A program made the position numbers and the translations under genes. The notes under the pieces are model-generated. The model searched no databases. It was not told the origin of the DNA and saw only the letters and a list, made by a program, of their open reading frames with translations. A DNA stretch of 32,874 nucleotides, from positions 1 through 32,874 of IMG/VR virus record IMGVR_UViG_3300030330_000270; one strand, 5' to 3'. The first letter of the stretch is position 1. Every line of letters begins with the position of its first letter. Positions 1 through 7,417 of this stretch are shown here, one piece after another. The stretch comes from a virus. Lineage: Duplodnaviria > Caudoviricetes.

Positions 1-2
1 TA

Positions 3-1094
3 GAAAATAAAAATGGTGATGATGGCATACAGTTTAGAGTAAAAACTTTAGGTGAGGCTGTAAGAATTAATGGTGTAACTGGGTTCACAGGGTTTGGTGA
101 AACTTCTCCAGATAGTTTAGTTCATGCTACGGGCACTAATAATTCAGCTGGAGATTTATATACAGAAGTTGGTAGAGGTAATTGTCCTAGTATAACTATT
201 CAAAATGCTGGTACAACAAACAACAATAATGCGGCAATATATTTTGATAATGATAATACAACTGGAGCATCTATAAATGCTAGATTCACTAATCACTCTA
301 CCGAAGCAACACAAATAAGATTCAGCACTCATAATGGTTCTAATATTAGAGAAAGAATAACTATTGATGCTTTTGGTAATTTGTTACTAGGTGAAAGTGC
401 TTCTACATTTAATGCAGGTTCTTTTGGCTCTGCTAGTGGTATTAATGTAAGTGGTACTCAGCCTATGGTTTTAGTACACGAATCTGATACTGATAAAGAT
501 GGTTATATTGGTATGGCAGGTTCAGTTATGTTTGTTCATACTGCTGATGCAATACCTATGCGATTTAGTACAAGCGATACAGAAAGAATGAGGATTCACT
601 CTGGAGGTGGTCTTTCTGTTGGAACTACAACACAAAGAACATTCTTTGATGTGCAAGGTACTACAACAAGTGATGTTATGACTGTTTTAAATGGTTCTAC
701 AGCAAATGCTAATGTTGGTATGATTATTTTTAGAGATGGTATTGGTGATTTTTGTGGTCAAATTACTTCAAACGGCAGTACAAATACAACAGCTTATAAC
801 ACTTCTTCAGATGCAAGACTTAAAAATGTGCTTGGTGAGGCAAAAGGTTTAGAAGTTATAAATCAATTAAACCCAGTACATTTTGAATGGAAAAAATCAG
901 GCATAAAACAAGATGGTTTAATAGCACAAGAAGTAGAACCTATAGTGCCAAACGCTGTAACACACAATAAAGAAAGTGATGTTTATTCTATGGATTATAG
1001 TAAATTAGTAACACCACTTATAAAAGCTATACAAGAACAACAAGAACAGATTGATGCCTTACAATCTGAAATAAAAACTTTGAAAGGAGAATAA
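3..1094 (+). CDS. Tail fibre/spike protein, C-terminal part, with intramolecular chaperone (Peptidase S74); 5' truncated by the window
   Basis: The frame is open from base 3 (ENKNGDDGIQF...), so the TTG at 381 is not the true start. It has repeated ER.RI...G fibre motifs (AVRINGVTG, RERITIDAFGN, ERMRIHSGGG), the S74 autocleavage signature TSSDARLK, GLIAQEV and YSMDYSKLVTPLIKAIQE, and a terminal coiled coil. Confidence 0.9.
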   Translation, partial: ENKNGDDGIQFRVKTLGEAVRINGVTGFTGFGETSPDSLVHATGTNNSAGDLYTEVGRGNCPSITIQNAGTTNNNNAAIYFDNDNTTGASINARFTNHSTEATQIRFSTHNGSNIRERITIDAFGNLLLGESASTFNAGSFGSASGINVSGTQPMVLVHESDTDKDGYIGMAGSVMFVHTADAIPMRFSTSDTERMRIHSGGGLSVGTTTQRTFFDVQGTTTSDVMTVLNGSTANANVGMIIFRDGIGDFCGQITSNGSTNTTAYNTSSDARLKNVLGEAKGLEVINQLNPVHFEWKKSGIKQDGLIAQEVEPIVPNAVTHNKESDVYSMDYSKLVTPLIKAIQEQQEQIDALQSEIKTLKGE

Positions 1095-1095
1095 T

Positions 1096-1443
1096 ATGGC
1101 AATAGGATATACTTGGGATTGTAAAACATGCGATACTTACCCCTCTAAAAGTGGTAAATCTAATGTAGTGCATAACGTACATTGGAGACTTACTGCAACA
1201 GACGACACTAACAAAGATAGTGATGGTAATAATTGGACAGCTACTATGTATGGTAGCCAAGGTGTAAGCACAGATGATTTATCTAGTTTTATTAATTGGT
1301 CAAGTTTAAAAGAAAGTGACGTACAAGGCTGGGTTGAAACAGCATTAACTGCTGATACAGTTACAGCTATGAAAGCGTCATTAGATGCAGAGATAGCTGA
1401 AAAAGTATCACCAACAAGTGTTACTAAAACTTTAACTGAGTAA
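1096..1443 (+). CDS. Tail-fibre-associated protein (possible fibre assembly/chaperone)
   Basis: AGGAG RBS; lies directly after the fibre gene. The VVHNVHWRLTA...F..L.E.DV.GWV pattern is typical of small proteins following fibres in marine phages. Confidence 0.65.
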   Translation: MAIGYTWDCKTCDTYPSKSGKSNVVHNVHWRLTATDDTNKDSDGNNWTATMYGSQGVSTDDLSSFINWSSLKESDVQGWVETALTADTVTAMKASLDAEIAEKVSPTSVTKTLTE

Positions 1444-1454
1444 TTTAAATAGAT

Positions 1455-1500
1455 TTCAGTTTGATAGCAAAGTGCAGTATAATTAATTTTTATTAGAGGA
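1455..1500 (+). promoter_or_regulatory. Possible sigma70-type promoter (perfect -10 TATAAT at 1478-1483) and RBS AGAGGA at 1495-1500
   Basis: This is the only sizeable intergenic gap on the plus strand. The -35 at 17-bp spacing is weak (TTCAGT) and the background is AT-rich. Confidence 0.3.
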
Positions 1501-1506
1501 TTAATT

Positions 1507-1710
1507 ATGTCAAAAAAAATAGAACTAACTGATGAACAAAAATATTGTAAAGCTCAAATACAAGATTTAACTCAAAAAGAAAATCAATTAAATTTTCAAT
1601 TAGACCAAGTAAAAGCTAGTAAATCAGTTTTTACTAACCTTCTTGCAGAATATACTAAAAATATTGCAGAAGATACATCAAAAGAAGAAGCAAAAAATAA
1701 TAAGGAATAA
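1507..1710 (+). CDS. Small coiled-coil hypothetical protein
   Basis: Good RBS; heptad pattern IQDLTQKENQLNFQLDQV. Confidence 0.7.
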   Translation: MSKKIELTDEQKYCKAQIQDLTQKENQLNFQLDQVKASKSVFTNLLAEYTKNIAEDTSKEEAKNNKE

Positions 1711-1712
1711 TA

Positions 1713-1895
1713 ATGGCAACAATTAAAGATGCTTTAAGTGCTATAGAAGCACACGAAAGAGAATGTAAAGCATTATACAAAAGTATTGATAAAAGATTAG
1801 AAGATGGCTCAAAAAGATTTGATAAATTAGATAATATGATTTGGGCAGTTTATCCATTTATTGTTGCAGTTGTATTTTTAGCGAGATTTGTATAA
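1713..1895 (+). CDS. Small coiled-coil protein with C-terminal TM helix (XhlA/holin-like architecture)
   Basis: AAGGA RBS; HERECKALY..IDKRL..GSKRFDKLD followed by hydrophobic MIWAVYPFIVAVVFL. Confidence 0.65.
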   Translation: MATIKDALSAIEAHERECKALYKSIDKRLEDGSKRFDKLDNMIWAVYPFIVAVVFLARFV

Positions 1896-2104
1896 TGAGT
1901 AGAGCAAAAAAATTAGTTACAGAATTTAAAAAAGGTAAAAGCACAGTAAATAAAGCTGGTAATTATACAAAACCAGGTATGCGTAAGCGTATATTTAATA
2001 GAATAAAAGCTGGTGGTAAAGGTGGTAGACCTGGACAATGGTCAGCAAGGAAAGCACAAATGTTAGCAAAAGCTTATAAAAAAGCAGGTGGGGGATATAA
2101 ATAA
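1895..2104 (+). CDS. Small basic protein, DUF5872-like N-terminal half
   Basis: TAATG coupling gives the start at 1895. Motif GNYTKP.MRK...GGKGGRPGQWSARKAQMLAKAYKKAGGGY. Confidence 0.75.
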   Translation: MSRAKKLVTEFKKGKSTVNKAGNYTKPGMRKRIFNRIKAGGKGGRPGQWSARKAQMLAKAYKKAGGGYK

Positions 2105-2785
2105 ATGTCTTACCTTATAAGTAATATACCGCATTTTAAATGTTGGGTAAGAAAAGAATTTACAGCAAATCACGAAAAATATCATGGAGAGTTTATACAT
2201 GCATTAGCTATAGCAGTTAATACTATTCCTGATAGGTCATTAAGTTTTCAAGTAGTATTTACAGGTTGTGAAGATTCTGAAAATAATGTTCATGGTGGAG
2301 CAATGTGGGCAAGGATGCCTATACAAGGTTTAGTTGCAGATATACCTGTAGAAGAATGGGCAGAACCTATGGATGACCATTTAGCACAACCTTGGGATTG
2401 TGAATCAAGAGAACATTCTGTAGTAGTTATGGATAGAGTAAGTTCTAGTCCTTGGTTATGTAAAATAGATAATAATTTTTATACTGGTAAATATTTATTT
2501 ACAGTTGATTACACAGGAAACTCTATTGCAGATTGTCCCGCACAACATAAACAATCTCATGTTTTATATATTACAGAAGATTGTGAATGGAAAGGTAATT
2601 TAGTTGCTTTACCTAATAATAGAGTAAGAGCAACAAGTCCTGCTTTATGGGCAACAGGAGAGGGTGCACCAGATTTTAAACCATCTCAATATACTCATTC
2701 AGCAGAAGGACATGAAAGTTATCTTGACCCATTAATAACATTTAATAATTTATATAGTGAAGGATTTGAAGATGAAATTGAATAG
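2105..2785 (+). CDS. Conserved phage hypothetical protein (226 aa, His/Cys/Trp-rich)
   Basis: Starts immediately after the upstream stop; globular composition; motifs QPWDC, YLFTVDY, QHKQSH and PNNRVR. Confidence 0.8.
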   Translation: MSYLISNIPHFKCWVRKEFTANHEKYHGEFIHALAIAVNTIPDRSLSFQVVFTGCEDSENNVHGGAMWARMPIQGLVADIPVEEWAEPMDDHLAQPWDCESREHSVVVMDRVSSSPWLCKIDNNFYTGKYLFTVDYTGNSIADCPAQHKQSHVLYITEDCEWKGNLVALPNNRVRATSPALWATGEGAPDFKPSQYTHSAEGHESYLDPLITFNNLYSEGFEDEIE

Positions 2786-2921
2786 ACGACAAAAAGAAAC
2801 TTTAAAAAAACATAGTAAACATCATACTAAAAAACATATGGACGAAATGATAAAAGCTATGAAAAAAGGTACAAGTTTTAGTGCTGCACATAAAAAAGCT
2901 GTAAAAAAAGTAGGTAGATAA
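2772..2921 (+). CDS. Small Lys/His-rich protein (49 aa), not in the ORF track
   Basis: Translates as MKLNRRQKETLKKHSKHHTKKHMDEMIKAMKKGTSFSAAHKKAVKKVGR*. It fills the gap exactly and its TAA overlaps the ATG at 2921. Confidence 0.75.
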   Translation: MKLNRRQKETLKKHSKHHTKKHMDEMIKAMKKGTSFSAAHKKAVKKVGR

Positions 2922-3163
2922 TGCCTCTAAAAAAATCCCAAAGGTCTTTAAAAAAATGGACAAGTCAAAAATGGACTACTCCTAGTGGAAAAAAATCATC
3001 TGAAACAGGTGAGGTGTATGCACCAAAAGCACAAATAGATAGATTAAAATCTACACCAAAAGGAAGAAGAAAACTTTCAGCAGCTAATAGAAAAAAAAGA
3101 GCGGCTACAAGAGCAGGTAAACAACACGCAAAACATGGTTTACATAAAGGTAAAAAAAGATAA
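2921..3163 (+). CDS. Small basic protein, DUF5872-like C-terminal half
   Basis: Motif KKSQRSLKKWTSQKWTT.SGKKSSETGE.Y.P; TAATG coupling on both sides. Confidence 0.75.
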   Translation: MPLKKSQRSLKKWTSQKWTTPSGKKSSETGEVYAPKAQIDRLKSTPKGRRKLSAANRKKRAATRAGKQHAKHGLHKGKKR

Positions 3164-3540
3164 TGGCTAAAGCACCAGATGCATTTGTTTATAATGCTAC
3201 ACTAGAAAGAATTGTAGATGGCGATACATTTGATTGTTGTCTTGATTTAGGTTTTGATGTAAAGCTACATAAACAAAGAGTTAGATTATCTGGTATAGAT
3301 ACACCTGAATCAAGAACTAGAAATAAAGCAGAAAAAGTTTTAGGTTTAGCTGCTAAACAAAGATTAAAAGAACTTTGTATTGGCAATATAAAAGTTAAAT
3401 CATTAGGTAAAGGTAAGTATGGTCGAATACTTGGCATACCTTATACAAAAGATGGCAAAGATATTTGTCAAATATTAATTAAAGAAGGTCATGCAGTTGA
3501 ATATCATGGCGGTAAAAAAACTAAAATATGGGGTAATTAA
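3163..3540 (+). CDS. Thermonuclease (SNase-like) family nuclease
   Basis: Motifs IVDGDT, RVRLSGIDTPE, GKYGRILG and LIKEGHA; no signal peptide. Confidence 0.9.
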   Translation: MAKAPDAFVYNATLERIVDGDTFDCCLDLGFDVKLHKQRVRLSGIDTPESRTRNKAEKVLGLAAKQRLKELCIGNIKVKSLGKGKYGRILGIPYTKDGKDICQILIKEGHAVEYHGGKKTKIWGN

Positions 3541-3542
3541 AA

Positions 3543-3920
3543 ATGAATGAAGGACAAGAAAGATTTAGTGGTGATATGTCAAGAAATGAAGTTGAGATAG
3601 ACCTTAATAAATTTATGGAACTTGTAACAGAAAATAGTAATTTAAAAGCAGAAATTACAGAAATGAAAGCAAATAGAGAGCCAGATAATCCTTGGCAAAG
3701 ATGGATATTTTTATCTAATATGATAGATGCTTGGAGAATATTTCCAAGAGCTTTTTTATCTGTTTATATATTTTTACTCTATTATGCAACAATGTGGTTT
3801 ATGGATTTACCAGACCCAACATTAGAACAGTCTGGTTTAATATCAGTTATAGTTGGAGCAGGTGCTGCTTGGTTTGGTTTATATGCAGGAACAGCTAAAG
3901 ATAAAATAAATAGTAAATAA
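3543..3920 (+). CDS. Two-TM membrane protein with N-terminal coiled coil (holin candidate)
   Basis: DAWRIFPR followed by TM1 (AFLSVYIFLLYYATMWF) and TM2 (GLISVIVGAGAAWFGLY). Confidence 0.65.
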   Translation: MNEGQERFSGDMSRNEVEIDLNKFMELVTENSNLKAEITEMKANREPDNPWQRWIFLSNMIDAWRIFPRAFLSVYIFLLYYATMWFMDLPDPTLEQSGLISVIVGAGAAWFGLYAGTAKDKINSK

Positions 3921-4213
3921 TGGAAGTATTTGACCTTATAGAAAAGGTCGGTTTGCCTATAGCTGGTGGCTTAGTTATGGGTTATTTTATATTTCTTATT
4001 ATGAAACAACTTATGGGTAATCTTGTAAATGATATTAAAAGCATACAAGGTATAACTAAAATGCTTATTGTAAGAGCATCAATAATGAACAATGACATTA
4101 TTCGTATTGATACATCAGTATCTAGTGTTCTTAATTTAAAACCAGACTTAGATAGAATTGCAAGAGCAGAAAACTTTGTAGAAGATGGAAAGATAGACGC
4201 TAGAAGAGATTAA
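3920..4213 (+). CDS. Single-TM plus coiled-coil membrane protein (paralog A)
   Basis: EKVGLPIAGGLVMGYFIFLI TM segment; TAATG coupled. Confidence 0.7.
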   Translation: MEVFDLIEKVGLPIAGGLVMGYFIFLIMKQLMGNLVNDIKSIQGITKMLIVRASIMNNDIIRIDTSVSSVLNLKPDLDRIARAENFVEDGKIDARRD

Positions 4214-4470
4214 TGGATATAGTTGTATTAGTAGAAAAATTTGGTTTTACAACTATTATGGTTATTGGTTTAGGTTATTTTGTTTATTTTGTTTGGCAAA
4301 CTATTACTAATATTATAGACCCTGCTATATCAGAAATGAAAAAAACAATTATAAGACTTACTGACCAACTCAGGTTGTTAGACCAAGATATGATAAGATT
4401 ACAAGAAAAACTTAATACTGTATTGGAGATAAATGAACAAAAAAGAACAACAAATAGAAGCAAGAAATAG
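4213..4470 (+). CDS. Single-TM plus coiled-coil membrane protein (paralog B)
   Basis: EKFGFTTIMVIGLGYFVYFVW TM segment and LTDQLRLLDQDMIRLQ coiled coil; similar to the upstream ORF. Confidence 0.7.
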   Translation: MDIVVLVEKFGFTTIMVIGLGYFVYFVWQTITNIIDPAISEMKKTIIRLTDQLRLLDQDMIRLQEKLNTVLEINEQKRTTNRSKK

Positions 4471-4933
4471 AAAATTAAGATATCAAATATGTGGTTTTTT
4501 ATGTATATTTTTCTTTTTAATGCTACTTACAAATCCTTTATGGGCAGACCAAGTAGTTTTTAAATTTAAAAATCCTAGTTTTAGTGGTCTTAATACAAGT
4601 TCACATTATTTAACTATTGAAAATCAAGAATTTAATCGTAAAGAAGCATTAAAAGCAGAAATTAAAGCACTTCAAGACCAAATAAAAAGAGATAAAGAAA
4701 ATACAACACTTGCAAGATTTATAAGAAATTTAGAATCAAGAATTTATGCACAATTATCAAGACAACTTGTAGAAAATTTATTTGGTGAAACACCAAGTGA
4801 TAGTGGCATATTAGAATTAGAAGGCAATACAATAGAATATAGTGTTGTCGATGGCATAATAACTTTAAATATAACGGATTCGGATGGGAATACAACAACG
4901 ATTTCTTTGCCTATTGGTAGTTTTACTTTCTAG
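4433..4933 (+). CDS. csgF: Curli assembly component CsgF-like
   Basis: Signal peptide ending LWA|D. Mature N-terminus QVVFKFKNPSFSG resembles CsgF FxFxNPxFGG; RFIRNLESRIYAQLS helix; directly upstream of csgG. Confidence 0.85.
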   Translation: MNKKEQQIEARNRKLRYQICGFLCIFFFLMLLTNPLWADQVVFKFKNPSFSGLNTSSHYLTIENQEFNRKEALKAEIKALQDQIKRDKENTTLARFIRNLESRIYAQLSRQLVENLFGETPSDSGILELEGNTIEYSVVDGIITLNITDSDGNTTTISLPIGSFTF

Positions 4934-5738
4934 TTGTGCTGTATTAGAAAATCAAGATTTATCATTAACACAAAATATTAAATCTAGTTCAATATTAGAT
5001 TTGCAATCAGAAGAATTAAAAAATTTACCTGCTGCAAAACTTAAACCATCTGTAGCTATATATCCAAATAGTTTTAGAGATTTAACTGGACAAAGAAAAA
5101 GCAATAGTTCTTTTGCTTTATTTAGTACAGCTATAACACAAGCTCCAGAAGCATTTTTAATTAGAGCATTAAAACATGCAGCTAATGGACAATTTTTTAC
5201 AGTAGTAGAAAGAGTAGGATTAGATAATCTTACAAAAGAACGACAATTAATAAGAAGTACAAGACAAGAGTTTAAAGAAGATAATAAGATGAAACCCTTA
5301 TTATTTGCTGGTTTAATCATTGAAGGTGGAGTTATTAGTTATGAATCTAATAATAAATCTGGTGGTTTAGGTGCTAGATATTTAGGAATAGGTACTAGTA
5401 AACAATACAGAGAAGATACAGTAACTATATCTTTAAGATTAGTATCTGTATCTACTGGAGAAGTATTAATAGAAACTTTAGTGTCTAAAAATATTATCTC
5501 TACAAGTGTTTCACAAGATATTTTTCGTTTTATAGAAGCTGGAACTGAACTAGTAGAAGTAGAAGGAGGTATTGCAGAAAATGAAAGTGTTTCTATTGCT
5601 TTACAAAAAGCTATTGAAACAGGTATTTTAAATATAATTTATATAGGAATTGAAAGAGGGTATTGGAAATATGATGAAAAAATTAAAATTAATGAGCCTG
5701 ATTGTGATGCTGACTGCATTAACAACATACGGAGCTGA
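4884..5738 (+). CDS. csgG: Curli secretion channel lipoprotein CsgG-like
   Basis: Lipobox LLSS|C. FRDLTGQRK, FSTAITQ, VVERVGLDNLTKERQLIR, GGLGARYLGIG, QYREDTVTISLRLVSVSTGEVL and ENESV all match CsgG hallmarks. Confidence 0.93.
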   Translation: MGIQQRFLCLLVVLLSSCAVLENQDLSLTQNIKSSSILDLQSEELKNLPAAKLKPSVAIYPNSFRDLTGQRKSNSSFALFSTAITQAPEAFLIRALKHAANGQFFTVVERVGLDNLTKERQLIRSTRQEFKEDNKMKPLLFAGLIIEGGVISYESNNKSGGLGARYLGIGTSKQYREDTVTISLRLVSVSTGEVLIETLVSKNIISTSVSQDIFRFIEAGTELVEVEGGIAENESVSIALQKAIETGILNIIYIGIERGYWKYDEKIKINEPDCDADCINNIRS

Positions 5739-6390
5739 CAATGAAATTTTTGTAGAACAATCAGGTGCTACAGCTAATATTGATTTAGAACAAATTGGTT
5801 CGGGCAATATTATTGGAGGTTTATTATCTACAGCAGGAAGTATGACTGCATTAGATTTAGATGGTCTTAGTATGACATTAGATATAAATCAAATAGGAAA
5901 TACTAATAAATTTCTAGGAGATATTACAGGAGATTCTGTTACAGGTTTTTTTGAATTTGATGGAGATAGTAATACATTTACTATACAAGGAGACCCAACA
6001 AATACTTATGGAATAGATAATTCTAATTATAATGTTGATGTTACTGGAAACTCAAATACTTTTACTTTAGACCATGGAACAACTGCATTAGCTGCAACAT
6101 TAGATTTAGATTGGATTATACAAGGTGATAGTAATACATTTGATTTTGATATTAATTATGATGGTGCTACTAATTATGTAGATGTAGATGGAGATAGTAA
6201 TACAGTAAACTTTACAGGTAGTGGGTATGCAGGTGGATATTTTTATCTTGACCAAACTGGTAATTCAAGAACTTTTAATATTACACAATCAAGTACATTA
6301 GATAATGACTGGCTTAAAATTATATCTATTGGCAATAGTGGTACTGTTTGCGTCATTCAAAATGACCAAGGTACAAGCACAAGCTGTTGA
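5671..6390 (+). CDS. Secreted curlin-like beta-repeat protein (CsgA/CsgB-like candidate substrate)
   Basis: Signal peptide MMKKLKLMSLIVMLTALTTYGA. Repeats VEQSGATAN, LEQIGSGN, INQIGNTN, GDSNTF, GNSNTF, IQGDSNTF, GDSNTV and DQTGNSRTF. G/N/D/T-rich; follows csgG. Confidence 0.7.
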   Translation: MMKKLKLMSLIVMLTALTTYGADNEIFVEQSGATANIDLEQIGSGNIIGGLLSTAGSMTALDLDGLSMTLDINQIGNTNKFLGDITGDSVTGFFEFDGDSNTFTIQGDPTNTYGIDNSNYNVDVTGNSNTFTLDHGTTALAATLDLDWIIQGDSNTFDFDINYDGATNYVDVDGDSNTVNFTGSGYAGGYFYLDQTGNSRTFNITQSSTLDNDWLKIISIGNSGTVCVIQNDQGTSTSC

Positions 6391-7417
6391 TATTGGAGAT
6401 ATTTCTGAACTAAATGGTACAGCTCAGATAGTAAGAGACAAACCTTATAACGCAAATTTACAGTTTGCTATTCAAAGTAATGATGAAGCTATTACTACTA
6501 ATGGAAGAATGGCAATAACATTTCTTGATGAATCAACTGTAAAACTTACAGAACATTCACAATTAATAATTGATGAATATATTTATGACCCAGACCCTTC
6601 AAAAGCAAAGATGGCTCTTACTTTTGGGCTTGGTACAGCTAGATTTATTACAGGCAATTTAAATCGTATAGACAAACAAAATATAAGTCTTAAAACTCCG
6701 ACAGCAAATATAGCAATACGAGGTACTGATTTTACAGCTACAGTTGATGAACTAGGTCGTAGTCTTATAATACTTCTACCAGACGCTCTAGGACTATCTA
6801 GTGGCGAAATAGAGGTAGTTACTGCTATGGGTACAGTTTTATTAAATAAACCTTATGAAGCTACTACAGTAAGTGTATTTGAATCTTCTCCTAGTAAACC
6901 AGTAATATTAGATTTATCTTTAGATATTATTGATAATATGTTAATTGTTACACCACCTAAAGAAGAAAAACTAGAAACAGAAGAAACATCTAATACACAA
7001 AATGATAGCATTTTAGATTTTAATGATTTAGATATAGATTTTTTAGCAGAAGATTATTTAAAAGAAGATAGTTTAGAATTTACAGAATTAGATATTAATT
7101 ATCTTGATGTAAATTATTTAGAAGATTTATTAAAAGTTGTTGATGCTTTAGCAGTTGATGAAGATGAAGAACAACTTGCACAAACTACTGTAACTAGAAT
7201 TACTGGAACAAATTTTGGACAAGATAAAGAAACACAAATAACTACATTTATACAAGATAACATAATAACTTTACAAAGAAATGTTAGTGAAAGTGTTAAA
7301 TTAAATTTACAAACAGAAAATGCCTATACAGTTATTTTTATACAAGATGGTGTGTCAAATATAGTAAAAATAAATGGTGGTGGAGATTCTGTAATTACAA
7401 TAAAACAAAGTAATTAA
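6305..7417 (+). CDS. Exported FecR-domain protein with acidic linker and beta-rich C-terminus
   Basis: N-terminal hydrophobic signal; FecR motifs ITTNGRMAITFLDESTVKLTEHSQL and KTPTANIAIRGTDF. Confidence 0.85.
   Translation: MTGLKLYLLAIVVLFASFKMTKVQAQAVDIGDISELNGTAQIVRDKPYNANLQFAIQSNDEAITTNGRMAITFLDESTVKLTEHSQLIIDEYIYDPDPSKAKMALTFGLGTARFITGNLNRIDKQNISLKTPTANIAIRGTDFTATVDELGRSLIILLPDALGLSSGEIEVVTAMGTVLLNKPYEATTVSVFESSPSKPVILDLSLDIIDNMLIVTPPKEEKLETEETSNTQNDSILDFNDLDIDFLAEDYLKEDSLEFTELDINYLDVNYLEDLLKVVDALAVDEDEEQLAQTTVTRITGTNFGQDKETQITTFIQDNIITLQRNVSESVKLNLQTENAYTVIFIQDGVSNIVKINGGGDSVITIKQSN

Noticed and set aside
381-383. Track starts at 381, 1841, 5650, 10021, 28869, 29689 and 32826
   Set aside because: The frames are either open to the window edge or have better ATG starts supported by an RBS or stop/start coupling.
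1461-1483. TTGATA...TATAAT as a canonical -35/-10 pair
   Set aside because: The spacer is only 11 bp, so only the -10 is retained, at low confidence.
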